From the IMG/VR virus record IMGVR_UViG_3300025073_000989: 64,000 bases of DNA. One strand, 5' to 3'. A model generated the notes under the pieces. That model made no database searches, was not told where the DNA came from, and saw nothing but the letters and a program-made list of their open reading frames with translations. Both the position numbers and the translations under genes were made by a program. Positions within the stretch are counted from its first letter, which is position 1. Each line of letters opens with the position of its first letter. This document shows positions 18,352 to 28,793 of the stretch, in pieces. The stretch is from a virus (taxonomy: Duplodnaviria > Caudoviricetes).

Positions 18352-20028
18352 ATGCGGAATAGTAAAGAAAGGTGGTTATTCTTTAAACATCCATCTAAAC
18401 CGGCAATTTCTCACGAAGAAACCTTTTACTGGAAAAACAACCTAAAGAAAATACTAAAAGTAGGAATGGAATTCGAGTTTAATCTACCCAATAAAAATGG
18501 TAGTTGTAAAGGAGACAATGAGGCATGTCCATGCAATTATTTGAATATTTCTAATTGCTGGACGCAGTGTGCAAAACAAGAAACATGCAGTATATCGAAA
18601 AATTTTAATTTTTGTCACAATGTAACTCTGGACTGTAGTAAAACAGACTGTAAAAAATGCAACAAATTTAAGTTAAGTTGTCCGAATATTAGCTGCTCTC
18701 TTTTCGAAAGCGCTTGTTCTTCGTGCCCTCTTTTTAAACAGGATTGTTATACATGTGAGCATAAATATGATCCAGAGAAAAACCCAGATCTTATTAGAAC
18801 CTCTATAGAGAATGAACTAAAGCCCAGTAACAGTTATGGTGTAATAAGTGAATCTGGAGTACATAGTGTTGTCAAAGATGGAAGTTTATTGGGCGGAAAA
18901 GGGATGGAGATAATTACCATAGGCCGTAGAATAGATTATTGGGAATTTTTCAAAATGGCTAAAACCATTATCGACAAAGCAGTAGCCAAAGGTGCTTATG
19001 TAAATGAAAGATGTAGTATACATATGCATGTTCTTGCAAGCTACTATTCTAGGCTTTTTGAAAACCAAGAGCAGCACGGAATTCCAAAGAAAATTAACGA
19101 ACTAGAAAAACCCATGCCAGAAATAATTTTAGCCAACTTTCATCAGTTATGCAGAAGATATCAAAATGCTATGACTTGGATGATGATGGGACTAGATGAC
19201 CCCAAAAAAATGACAAGATGGGAGAAGTTCAGGGTATCTATACTAGAAATTTCCCCCGTACTTAGTTCCATGGAACACGTTAAAGAGGCAGTTCGAGTAC
19301 ATTCCGGCGGAAATAAGTACGGTTGGGTCAATTATAACTATACAGAATTATTACCTAGTGGAAATGTCAATAGATTTCATGTCGAAATGCGAGCACTCGA
19401 TGGTATTCTTTGTCCTAGTGTTATTGCTGCAATAGCCTGCCTTTACTATGCATTGGCAATAAAAGCTGTAGAAATATCAAAGTATGGATTAGTAGAGGTT
19501 GGGAGTAAAGACTGGATGGCTACAGCATTAGAAGCAAAACAAGCCATTCTTAATAATATGAAGGGCTACCAAGACGGTGATAGGTGGGCAGATACTAGAA
19601 AAACCCTTAATTACAGAGAGTTATTTGTAGAAGAATCTTTAGATTTAATAAGGCAACTAAAACATATACTGGTAGAAATAGGCCCAGCCTATCAAGTACT
19701 GGAACAATTAGCAGAAAGACCTATTGCTATAAGGAGATGTGCAGGAGAAAGCTGGGCATCGATTGAGGAGACTTTGGCTGTTTCAACTAGACAAGAAAAC
19801 AATTTAGAGAGTCTTCTTTATGAGTATATAGACCTAAGATATATAGCAGAATGTAATGATATTGAAGAGTGGATATCGTCGGCTCTAGAAATCATCGTTG
19901 AAGAAAACAAAATTGAACACCGTTCAATAGAGGAGTTAAGAGAAGAAATAAAACAACAGATAAAAGGAAAACAAGATGACGGTGAAATTATATGGTCAAA
20001 GAAGTTAGGAACTATAGTAGTGGTGTGA
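18352..20028 (+). CDS. Putative amidoligase (Amidoligase_2-like) with Cys-rich insertion
   Basis: VGMEFEF, VKDGSL..GMEIIT, CSIHMHV, KYGWVNY, VEMRALDG; 16 Cys in about 90 residues after the first motif. Confidence 0.75.
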   Translation: MRNSKERWLFFKHPSKPAISHEETFYWKNNLKKILKVGMEFEFNLPNKNGSCKGDNEACPCNYLNISNCWTQCAKQETCSISKNFNFCHNVTLDCSKTDCKKCNKFKLSCPNISCSLFESACSSCPLFKQDCYTCEHKYDPEKNPDLIRTSIENELKPSNSYGVISESGVHSVVKDGSLLGGKGMEIITIGRRIDYWEFFKMAKTIIDKAVAKGAYVNERCSIHMHVLASYYSRLFENQEQHGIPKKINELEKPMPEIILANFHQLCRRYQNAMTWMMMGLDDPKKMTRWEKFRVSILEISPVLSSMEHVKEAVRVHSGGNKYGWVNYNYTELLPSGNVNRFHVEMRALDGILCPSVIAAIACLYYALAIKAVEISKYGLVEVGSKDWMATALEAKQAILNNMKGYQDGDRWADTRKTLNYRELFVEESLDLIRQLKHILVEIGPAYQVLEQLAERPIAIRRCAGESWASIEETLAVSTRQENNLESLLYEYIDLRYIAECNDIEEWISSALEIIVEENKIEHRSIEELREEIKQQIKGKQDDGEIIWSKKLGTIVVV

Positions 20029-20038
20029 GGTTTAATTA

Positions 20039-20851
20039 ATGTGCGCAATTTTTGGAATAGGTCTAACCAGTACTCATAGATTTAGAAATAAATTGTTTTT
20101 TAAAAAATTACTAAACAATTTAATGCTAGAATCGGAATTTAGGGGTATGGACGCCACTGGTCTAGCTTTTACAACAGAGAGTAAAATAGTAGTAATAAAA
20201 CATAACTACCGCGCCAATCGATTTCAAGAACTACCAAGAGTACAAAAAGCGATCGATAGTTATGGTGACATATCAAAAATAGGTGGTCCAGATAATTTAT
20301 ATTCTATTATAGGTCATTGTAGATTTAAAACAAAAGGGATTCCAGAAAATAATAAAAATAATCACCCCATCATAGCCAATGAAGTAGTCGGAGTACATAA
20401 CGGTGTAATATCAAATGACGATATATTATTTAGTAACTATTCTAATTTACCATATATTGAAAGGGCTGGGCAAGTAGATAGTGAGATTATTTTTAGACTA
20501 ATAGATTTTTTTATAAATAAAGGTTTAACGACAGAACAAGCAATTAAAGAGACTACTGCCAGAATTGCTGGGTCTTTTGCTTGTGCTTTAGTAACAAGCT
20601 GGGCACATGAAAATCTATATTTGTTTAAGAATGACAACCCAATAGCATTATCCTACTTTCCAAAAGTAAAGATTTTTGTTTTTGCCTCGGCTAATGCCAT
20701 TATTAAAAAAGCAACAAATGAACTCTTCTTAGGAGAAGAACGAGAGGTAGAAATACCACCGCAACACCAGATAGTTATAAACTTAACTGATGGGATAACA
20801 AAACTATCGCTACTAGGTTTAAATGTATTAAATACTAATACTAATAGGTAA
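20039..20851 (+). CDS. Class II (Ntn) glutamine amidotransferase, copy 1
   Basis: N-terminal MCAIFG, RGMDATG, GHCR, NNHP, GVHNGVI, VDSE. Confidence 0.85.
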   Translation: MCAIFGIGLTSTHRFRNKLFFKKLLNNLMLESEFRGMDATGLAFTTESKIVVIKHNYRANRFQELPRVQKAIDSYGDISKIGGPDNLYSIIGHCRFKTKGIPENNKNNHPIIANEVVGVHNGVISNDDILFSNYSNLPYIERAGQVDSEIIFRLIDFFINKGLTTEQAIKETTARIAGSFACALVTSWAHENLYLFKNDNPIALSYFPKVKIFVFASANAIIKKATNELFLGEEREVEIPPQHQIVINLTDGITKLSLLGLNVLNTNTNR

Positions 20852-20860
20852 ATTAGAATT

Positions 20861-21664
20861 ATGAATAGAAATCTATTATATAGAATTAAAAAAATATTAT
20901 ATGGTGGTAATCCGTATGATAAGCTTATGGTAGCAAACTTAAAGACGTCTTATAGCAGTGACCATGATTTTGTAATTCCAATAGGTACTCCTTGCTTATT
21001 AAGCAAGCATATATTTCATAGCGACAGTAAAATAGTAGAAGTAATGATAAAATATCCATTCCTTAAGTATTTAAGTTTTGATACTACTGTACTAATTCGA
21101 AAAGAAAATCTTATTCCAACAAAAAATAATTTTCCAAATGAACATACAATTATTTCAGAGAAAGATTTTTGTAGCGCAAAAAGATTTGATGATTTAAGAT
21201 TACTAGTAGATACCTACGGTGCTGTAACTATAGTTTTTGATACTATACCAAAAGGGGACCCATTGGCTGTTGTAGAAAGTCTAGTAAACAAATTTTACTA
21301 TAAAACTTGTGTAGGACATAGTATAGATTCTTCCGCAGAAGGAAGTACAAATATTTTTATAGATATTGTTAAGATAGAAAATGTAATTCCCATAATAAAA
21401 CCTAATAGAAATAATGGATTGTTTATATCAGTATACACTTGTGATGTACAAGAAAATATGTATAATGATTATGTAGTCTATAAAAATTATATAAATTTAA
21501 TAGTAAGCGATTATTTAGATAATGTATTTGTTTTAGATGGTTCCTTTATAAGAAGTATAAATTTAGGAATAGAAGATAAACTAATTTTTACTCTTAGGCA
21601 AGTATTCAAAAACATTTTAATAAAAAACAAGCAAAAAATTAAACAAACAAATAAGGAGAACTAA
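20861..21664 (+). CDS. Hypothetical protein within the ligase cluster
   Basis: 267 aa ORF, operonic. Confidence 0.55.
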   Translation: MNRNLLYRIKKILYGGNPYDKLMVANLKTSYSSDHDFVIPIGTPCLLSKHIFHSDSKIVEVMIKYPFLKYLSFDTTVLIRKENLIPTKNNFPNEHTIISEKDFCSAKRFDDLRLLVDTYGAVTIVFDTIPKGDPLAVVESLVNKFYYKTCVGHSIDSSAEGSTNIFIDIVKIENVIPIIKPNRNNGLFISVYTCDVQENMYNDYVVYKNYINLIVSDYLDNVFVLDGSFIRSINLGIEDKLIFTLRQVFKNILIKNKQKIKQTNKEN

Positions 21665-21667
21665 CGT

Positions 21668-23395
21668 ATGTGTGGTGTTGTTGGATTAATAGCTTTCACA
21701 GAAACACCGAAACAGGAAGAGGCTATTAGACAAGAAGCTATGATATTTTTACTAACAGAAATTCTTCAGCAAACAATAACTAGAGGTTCAGACGCTACCG
21801 GAGTAGCATCCTTATTTAGAGACGGCCAGTACTTTGGTCAAAAAATGGGAATATCTGCTATAGAGTTTATAGCTAGATTTGGAGGAAAGAACGAAGATTA
21901 TGAGGGATTCTTAAGGTCCTGGAGAAAACACGGAGCTCCAGCTACATGTTCAATTGGTCATTGTAGAAAGAGCTCTGTTGGAAATTCTACAAATAACGCC
22001 AATAACCATCCAATAAAAGTAGGAGAAGTTTTGGGAATACACAATGGCACTCTTACAAATCATAACACTATATTTAAGAATTTTGGTTGTAAGAGGGACG
22101 GTACTGTTGACAGTGAGGCCATATTTAGGCTGCTTCACTTCTTTTCACAAAACGGCACAAACCCATTTACTTTAGATATGGTACAAGAAGTAACTGCTAG
22201 ATTAGAGGGATCTTATTCTGTACTAGCATTTAGTGGTAATAACCCATTTCAAGTAGTGGCGTTTAGGGATTCAAGGCCCATGGAGTTTGCCCTAATAAAG
22301 CCACTTAAACTTGTAGTAGTAGCCTCAGAAAAAGATTTTATAAAAAAATCCCTTTTTAAAATGAATAAGGAAACGCTACTATACGGTAATAAAAGTAACT
22401 TTCCAAGACTTAATGCTAAGAGTATTGATTTTTTTAGTCTTCCTGACGATTCAATTGCAATTTTTAATTTAACAAAAAAAGTAGGGGAAGACACTCAGAT
22501 AGAAGAGTTGTATGATTTTGAGCGGATTAAAAAGACAAATAAAATTTGGAGAGCTGGATATAATTCGTACCCGGCTAAGACAGTAAACGAAGTTAATCCT
22601 ACCGCCCATCAAACTACGCCTCAAACAAATAATTTACCGACACCTGTCCAAGCTAAAGCAGTATTCATATTAGAAAATACTCAGCCTGCGGGTATTGGTA
22701 GAATTTATAACAAAGTCTTGAAGAAATACGTTGCAGCTTCGCCAGCTGTAGATATAACCACACCTATCAGAAATGTAAAAGTTAGTGCTTCTGAAGATAA
22801 AAGTAAACCTGAAATTATAGAAATTGAAGCTATCGATGTAGATGAAAGTGTAGATATAAACACTACAGCTAACGAAGAGGCTTTAAATACTGTAGAAGTT
22901 GTAATGGATGTAGACCCAGAAGCAATCGAAGCAGCAAACTTAGCTGTAAAAAGCTTAAAAAAGTATGAAAATGAAGAAGAATTATTAAATGATCTAGAAA
23001 TGACTAAAGATCAAGTAATAGTTCTAAAAGACCTACCAATACACTCTTTAGCAAATAAAGTAAGAAAAGCAGCATTCAAAGTTGGAGTTCATGAGGGCTA
23101 CGTATTAGGAAAGAATAAGTCGGACCCTGACTCAACAAATAAAAAATTAGAAAATGAAAAGTACATAAGGATATTAAAAACTATTTCTGGAATAATGGCT
23201 ATGCTTATCGAATCCACCAATGTATCTGCTATTGATTCCTCAACGATGGAACGTGTAGTTACAAAAGCATTCTCCGATGGCGAGGAAATAAGTAGTGATG
23301 CTATAGGTAGTTTATTTTCAATTGGTGATATGCGCAAACATGTTGTATTTAGACAAATAAGAGATATGGTTCAGTGCAAAGAACACAGGAGATAA
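21668..23395 (+). CDS. Class II (Ntn) glutamine amidotransferase, copy 2, with long C-terminal extension
   Basis: MCGVVG, RGSDATG, GHCR, NNHP, GIHNGTL, VDSE. Confidence 0.85.
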   Translation: MCGVVGLIAFTETPKQEEAIRQEAMIFLLTEILQQTITRGSDATGVASLFRDGQYFGQKMGISAIEFIARFGGKNEDYEGFLRSWRKHGAPATCSIGHCRKSSVGNSTNNANNHPIKVGEVLGIHNGTLTNHNTIFKNFGCKRDGTVDSEAIFRLLHFFSQNGTNPFTLDMVQEVTARLEGSYSVLAFSGNNPFQVVAFRDSRPMEFALIKPLKLVVVASEKDFIKKSLFKMNKETLLYGNKSNFPRLNAKSIDFFSLPDDSIAIFNLTKKVGEDTQIEELYDFERIKKTNKIWRAGYNSYPAKTVNEVNPTAHQTTPQTNNLPTPVQAKAVFILENTQPAGIGRIYNKVLKKYVAASPAVDITTPIRNVKVSASEDKSKPEIIEIEAIDVDESVDINTTANEEALNTVEVVMDVDPEAIEAANLAVKSLKKYENEEELLNDLEMTKDQVIVLKDLPIHSLANKVRKAAFKVGVHEGYVLGKNKSDPDSTNKKLENEKYIRILKTISGIMAMLIESTNVSAIDSSTMERVVTKAFSDGEEISSDAIGSLFSIGDMRKHVVFRQIRDMVQCKEHRR

Positions 23396-23401
23396 TTTTA
23401 T

Positions 23402-24709
23402 ATGCGTAAAAAACTTATTTTGGTAGTTTCTAAAAAAATGAATTCTGTTGGAAAAGAGAGAAACGAAAGCAACCTAATACGCATGACAGCAAATACTCGC
23501 CAGCATATGGGGTACAGTAACGATAAAGTAGAGGTTTGGCTATCTAGTAGTACCCAAGAAAGAATAGCTAGTACCTTATTATTAGATATAAACAGAGCCT
23601 ACAAAGATGACATCAAAAAACTCAATGAATTAGTGGCTGATGGAAAACTTTTACCTGAGGATATAGTTAGGGTAGGCTTTGTCACTGAAGATATATACCA
23701 AACCATAGTAGGTAAAAACAAAGCAGTAGATAGTAATATTTGGATATCAGATCGCATAGAAGATACTGTTATAGGTGCTGATCCTGAATTTATGCTGTTT
23801 GATAAAAACGGAAAGGTTGTTAGAGCCGACAAAATAGTAGGTTTTACAAAAATAGGTAATCTTGGACATGATGGGGCTATAGCTGAATTAAGACCTAATC
23901 CAGCTATGACTCCAATGGAACTAGCAAGCAATATACATAAAATACTTTCAGATAAAAATTTAACTAGTTCAATAGAACAATATGATTGGAGAGGAATGTG
24001 TTACTTCAAAGACCAAGACAGAGATTATACCGTCGGTGGTCACATTCACATAGGAAGTCCAATACAGATCGCAAAATTACCACCAGACAAACGAGAAGCA
24101 TTCTTTAAGGTTCTAAATAAAATACTAGATGAACTTTTGGCTATTCCTATGACACGGTTAGACGGGCAAAACGGTAAAATAAGAAGAACTACTGGTATTT
24201 TTGGTAAATATGGATATTTTGGCGAAATGCGTCAATGTAATGGACGACTAGAACATAGAACACTTAGTGGTATGTGGCTATGTCATCCAGAAATAACTAA
24301 AATGGTAATTGGAACAGCAAAATTAATTATCGATGAAGTATTTAGATTAATCTCAGAAAAGAAATTTAATATCAATTATATGTCTGTTCCAGACAAATAC
24401 AAATCAATAAATGTATTTACAAGTGATTTTGACGGGTGGAAGGATATAGAATTAGCCAGAGATATGGGATGCATTAGGCAATCTTCAGTGATGCGGTCTT
24501 TATTAAATGAAGCAGAACCACAAAAAGTAAATAAGGATTTTCTTACCAAATGGTATGCAACACTAAAGACATTCTCTAGTTATAGAGAAAATAGTATATT
24601 TTTAGATGGTTTGTTTGAATTACTTAAGATCCCACTAAAAAACTTAAAAGGAGTAGAAACAAATTTAAAAAAGACTTGGTTAGAAGGAAAACCAATATTT
24701 ATAAAGTAG
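23402..24709 (+). CDS. phiEco32-like COOH-NH2 ligase, copy 3, with extra N-terminal domain
   Basis: IGADPEFML, DGAIAELRP, GGHIHIG, YGYFGEMR, LEHRTLSG. Confidence 0.8.
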   Translation: MRKKLILVVSKKMNSVGKERNESNLIRMTANTRQHMGYSNDKVEVWLSSSTQERIASTLLLDINRAYKDDIKKLNELVADGKLLPEDIVRVGFVTEDIYQTIVGKNKAVDSNIWISDRIEDTVIGADPEFMLFDKNGKVVRADKIVGFTKIGNLGHDGAIAELRPNPAMTPMELASNIHKILSDKNLTSSIEQYDWRGMCYFKDQDRDYTVGGHIHIGSPIQIAKLPPDKREAFFKVLNKILDELLAIPMTRLDGQNGKIRRTTGIFGKYGYFGEMRQCNGRLEHRTLSGMWLCHPEITKMVIGTAKLIIDEVFRLISEKKFNINYMSVPDKYKSINVFTSDFDGWKDIELARDMGCIRQSSVMRSLLNEAEPQKVNKDFLTKWYATLKTFSSYRENSIFLDGLFELLKIPLKNLKGVETNLKKTWLEGKPIFIK

Positions 24710-24747
24710 TATTTAATAATAACTTAAACAATTAAGGAGAAAAGAAC

Positions 24748-25821
24748 ATGAACAAACAAACAGCAATTTTCTATAGTGGTGCCACTGACGTTACTGGTAA
24801 GGCTTTAGTGGAGGCATTAGAAGTTAATGGTTGTAGTAGTAAGCCTACAGGTGTAAAACTGGTCATTGGTTGGGGCGCAAAGGCAGAGGGACAAGTTGCT
24901 TTTGGTGGCGACGTAAAAGTATTAAACCATCCAGAAAGAATTCGTGATAATAGGAATAAAGTTAAAACACTGCATACTCTTAAAAAAAGTAACGTCCCTG
25001 TAGCAAGTTTTACTGAAGCTGCTACCATTAACAATGCTTTAGCAAATGGAACGTTAACTTTACCGGTAATCGGTAGAACTAACTTTCATCAAGGCGGAAA
25101 GGGTTTTTGGCTCTGCTTAACAAAAAATCACATAACCAATGCCATTAATGAAGGTGCTCAGTATTTCCAAAACTATTTAGATATGACAGATGAGTATAGA
25201 ATACATGTCTTTGGTGGAGAAGTTATTTATGCCCAAAAGAAAATCAAACGAGATAATATGTCCGATGCCTTTGAAGAGCAACATGCGGAAAAAATTATAA
25301 ATTCCGCCGAAAAGTCCGGAAAAAAAGTTGATAAAGATACGTTGACCTATACGTTAGAACAGGTAGGAAAACGTTTACAACCACAAGCAGACATGATTAT
25401 TAGATCCAATACTCGTGGTTGGAAATTTGTATCAGTTACTACAAATAAACTGAGTAAAGCCCTAGCAGAAGTAGCCATTGCAGCAGTTAAGGCTGTAGGT
25501 CTAGACTTCGGTGCCGTAGACTGCTGTATTACAGAACAAGGGCCTTATATTATCGAAATAAACTCGGGACCAGGATTAGAAAAAACTGCTTTTGAAAAAT
25601 ATGTAGCATGCTTTAAGAAAGTAATTTCAGATACTTTTACTGAAAAGCCAAAAAACACCAAATCACCGGAACCAGAAACACTACAATTTAAAAGTGCAAA
25701 GAAAGCTGAAGTAAGCAATCTGGTAACTAAGACTAAGTTAATGCTGGAAATGGCAGAAAGTGCGGATGAAGTAGAAGCGGCAGCATTAGAAAAGGTGTTT
25801 GCCAAAATGTTTAATAAATAA
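24748..25821 (+). CDS. ATP-grasp ligase (RimK/YheCD-like), copy 1
   Basis: LPVIGR..HQGGKGF, EYRIHV, GLDFGAVD, IIEINSGPG. Confidence 0.85.
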   Translation: MNKQTAIFYSGATDVTGKALVEALEVNGCSSKPTGVKLVIGWGAKAEGQVAFGGDVKVLNHPERIRDNRNKVKTLHTLKKSNVPVASFTEAATINNALANGTLTLPVIGRTNFHQGGKGFWLCLTKNHITNAINEGAQYFQNYLDMTDEYRIHVFGGEVIYAQKKIKRDNMSDAFEEQHAEKIINSAEKSGKKVDKDTLTYTLEQVGKRLQPQADMIIRSNTRGWKFVSVTTNKLSKALAEVAIAAVKAVGLDFGAVDCCITEQGPYIIEINSGPGLEKTAFEKYVACFKKVISDTFTEKPKNTKSPEPETLQFKSAKKAEVSNLVTKTKLMLEMAESADEVEAAALEKVFAKMFNK

Positions 25822-25834
25822 AGAAAAAAATATT

Positions 25835-26257
25835 ATGGCCGAGTTCTACATATCTTTAGCTAAGTCAGAAATAGCTGAACAAATAGCTAACATGCTTAAC
25901 AATTTTAATAAGTTAACTGTTTTACATGATGAATATACAATAAATAATAGTAATACTTGTTATTTTATTAAAACAGCTATTAGCTCAGTCAAAGCAGATA
26001 TAGTAATAGGATGTGTAGGGCTCTACCAAGACTCTCATAATACAAGTAAAATAAAACACCTGTGTGTAATTCCGCAGTATAGACGATTTGGTATAGCAAA
26101 AAATCTAATACAAGTAGCAATTTTAAACTGTAAAACAGACTATGTTTACATGACTATTAGAGAAGATAATATACCCAGCTTGATGTTAGCTAAAAGTTTA
26201 GGGTTTGTCTTTGTTAAAAAAAGTTGTAATATATTAACAGTGGCGAGGAGGAAGTAG
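25835..26257 (+). CDS. GNAT-family acetyltransferase
   Basis: IKHLCVIPQYRRFGIAKNLI acetyl-CoA motif, NIPSLMLAKSLGF; start moved to the ATG at 25835. Confidence 0.8.
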   Translation: MAEFYISLAKSEIAEQIANMLNNFNKLTVLHDEYTINNSNTCYFIKTAISSVKADIVIGCVGLYQDSHNTSKIKHLCVIPQYRRFGIAKNLIQVAILNCKTDYVYMTIREDNIPSLMLAKSLGFVFVKKSCNILTVARRK

Positions 26258-27025
26258 ATGCCGAATTGGACGTATGAGGGTGTTGATTATATTGTAGTAG
26301 AATTGGTAAATAAAGCAAAGATGATCAACGGTGTGTCCTCTATAGTAGCCGAACAAGATGTTGTACGTGGATTATTTGCTGGACTAAAACTAATTCCAGG
26401 AAACAGTAAAGAAAAAAGTAAATATTTTTGTTTAGTAAAGAAAGGAAACAACTATGAAATGTTGAATATGAATTTATGGTTGATCCTATCGATAGAAAAG
26501 CTGGCTAAATCAGTCAAAAGGCTTCTTTTATTTAGAATGCATGAAGAAGATCAAAAAGTAGCTACTGAAGTATTATTTGAGGCAGTTACTTCTTTTGTAG
26601 AACAGCAACTAATAATTCCAAATACTCTAATAATAGATACAACTAAATATAAAAACCCATCTGCTGCCGGCGAAGGTAATTATAAATATAAAAACCCATC
26701 TGCTGCCGGCGAAGGTAATTATAAATTTGCAAATACTAAACCAGCAAGTATTAATATAGATTATATAAATATAAACACGGCTAATAGTACAAGTACAACT
26801 TATAACGGTGTTAGTTCACCAGCTATTACAGTAATCAAAAGAAAAAGTAAAAAACCAAGTACAAAAGATTTGACAAACATGATGGAACTGGTTACTTTAT
26901 TAGCAAAGGGAGAATATAAAGCACCAGCAATTCCTATAATTAAAGAAAAAGAAAACAACGAAACCGTTGTTGATTATAATCCGTATATAAGAGACGCGGC
27001 TTTTGAAAACGAGTACTGTTGTTAG
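26258..27025 (+). CDS. Hypothetical protein with internal duplication
   Basis: 255 aa ORF; contains KYKNPSAAGEGNY twice. Confidence 0.6.
   Translation: MPNWTYEGVDYIVVELVNKAKMINGVSSIVAEQDVVRGLFAGLKLIPGNSKEKSKYFCLVKKGNNYEMLNMNLWLILSIEKLAKSVKRLLLFRMHEEDQKVATEVLFEAVTSFVEQQLIIPNTLIIDTTKYKNPSAAGEGNYKYKNPSAAGEGNYKFANTKPASINIDYININTANSTSTTYNGVSSPAITVIKRKSKKPSTKDLTNMMELVTLLAKGEYKAPAIPIIKEKENNETVVDYNPYIRDAAFENEYCC
26644..26726 (+). repeat. 39-bp in-frame tandem duplication
   Basis: taaatataaaaacccatctgctgccggcgaaggtaatta x2. Confidence 0.95.
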
Positions 27026-27034
27026 GTAATAAAA

Positions 27035-28021
27035 ATGGATTTGATAGGGCATGAAAACACTAAATTACAAATAAATATAGCTTTTCTTTCTGCAAAAAAG
27101 AGAAATATGGCTATACCACATATGCTTTTTTCAGGTACAGCTGGTTGTGGTAAGACAAGCATGGCAAAAGAAATTGCAAAATTAGATAATTCAGATTTTT
27201 TGTCCATTTCGCCAGAAGCAATAAAAGATTTAAAGAGCACAAAAAAATTAATGGAAAATCTAAATCATAGTGGCTATGATGCAAGCGGTAATAGAGTAGG
27301 AGCAATAAAACCTAGTATATTACTTCTAGATGAAATACATAAACTACCTCTAGCTGGTCAGGAAGCGCTTGGTATAGCTATGGAAAACTATATGCTAGAA
27401 ACTGGTAGAGCTAACAAATTTTACTGGCTACCATATTTTACTTTAATTGGCGCAACAACAATGGCAGGAGAGCTAAGTAAACCGTTTTTAGACAGATTTA
27501 AAATGAGTTTTACTTTTGAGCCCTATTCAATTTCAGATTCGTTTAAAATAGTAAAAGCACATTGTTCTAGGCTCAGTATAGCCATAACATCTGAATCTGT
27601 TGCTACAATAGCAAAAAGAGGAAGAGGTATTCCTAGAATAATGGTTAAGTATCTAGAAATGATCCGAGATTTTACTTTTGCTAAGAATAGCAAAGTCATA
27701 ACACTAGAAACAACATTAGAAACGTTTAGGTCTTTAGGTATTGATGTTGAAGGTTTTAGTCTTGTAGAAATTAAAATTCTAAAAACATTATATGAAGAAG
27801 ATAAACCGGTGGGTTTAGAAAACTTGGCAATAATAGTAGGAGAATCTGCAAAGACACTAAAAGAAACTATTGAACCTTATTTGATCCAAAGGGGTTTTAT
27901 ACTAAGAAGTGGATCAGGCCGTCTTATAACACGGCTTGGAAAAGAATATATAGATAAACAAAATTATGTAAATACTAAAACCAATAAAATAAATATACCA
28001 GCAAACTATGTAAGACAATAG
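27035..28021 (+). CDS. ruvB: RuvB-like Holliday junction branch-migration ATPase
   Basis: LIGHE, PHMLFSGTAGCGKT, LLDEIHKL, FTLIGATT, FLDRF, VGLENLA, IEPYLIQRGFI. Confidence 0.85.
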   Translation: MDLIGHENTKLQINIAFLSAKKRNMAIPHMLFSGTAGCGKTSMAKEIAKLDNSDFLSISPEAIKDLKSTKKLMENLNHSGYDASGNRVGAIKPSILLLDEIHKLPLAGQEALGIAMENYMLETGRANKFYWLPYFTLIGATTMAGELSKPFLDRFKMSFTFEPYSISDSFKIVKAHCSRLSIAITSESVATIAKRGRGIPRIMVKYLEMIRDFTFAKNSKVITLETTLETFRSLGIDVEGFSLVEIKILKTLYEEDKPVGLENLAIIVGESAKTLKETIEPYLIQRGFILRSGSGRLITRLGKEYIDKQNYVNTKTNKINIPANYVRQ

Positions 28022-28022
28022 T

Positions 28023-28793
28023 ATGATAAATAACGAGTACCAAAGTGATAATAAAAAAGATTTTCCTAGACACTTACTAGGTAACTCAATTGAAGAAGCA
28101 GAAGAAAACTTTAATAAATTTTCTGAACTACTAAATAATATTGCTTACAGTTATTATTCTATAACTGGAATAGACAAAGGAGACTTATTTGCAGAAGCGG
28201 TGTTTGGATTGGCGCGAGCACTGCGGGATTTTGATGATAATAGAAGCAAGGATTTTGTTGTTTATGCTATTTTTATAATAAAAGACGCTTTAAACGAGTA
28301 CGTCAGGAATTATTATCAAATTTCAACACCATCATACCTTAGAAAAGCCGCAAATTTAGTAGAAAAATTAAAAGCAATTTTTACGTCTAATAACATAGAA
28401 ATAGATTGGAATAATTTAGATTATAGTTATATTGAAAACAGTTTACCAGACAGTCAGAGTATTCTCTGTAAGGAGCTATTAGCTAAATTAAATAATTATG
28501 CGGATAGAGCAAAAATAAAAGTTTCTGAGTTAATAACAAGAATACAGTTAATACCTAGGAGCTTTGATTATGAACACAAGCACAACGAGATTGATCTTAA
28601 TGAAAAAACAAATAACTCAATACTAGTAAAACAACTACTTGAGCAAATGTCTGTAGACGAGAAAAAAGTTGCAATTGGCATAATGCAGGATAAAACTTAC
28701 CAAGAAATAGGAAAAACTTTAGGAAAATCTAATGCATGGGTATCAGATAAAATAAAAACTATGCAGAAAAAGTTCAAAAGAGACTGCTTGTAA
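28023..28793 (+). CDS. Sigma70-family sigma factor
   Basis: Region 2 DLFAEAVFGLARALRDFD..FVVYAIFII; region 4 HTH TYQEIGKTLGKSNAWVS. Confidence 0.8.
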   Translation: MINNEYQSDNKKDFPRHLLGNSIEEAEENFNKFSELLNNIAYSYYSITGIDKGDLFAEAVFGLARALRDFDDNRSKDFVVYAIFIIKDALNEYVRNYYQISTPSYLRKAANLVEKLKAIFTSNNIEIDWNNLDYSYIENSLPDSQSILCKELLAKLNNYADRAKIKVSELITRIQLIPRSFDYEHKHNEIDLNEKTNNSILVKQLLEQMSVDEKKVAIGIMQDKTYQEIGKTLGKSNAWVSDKIKTMQKKFKRDCL

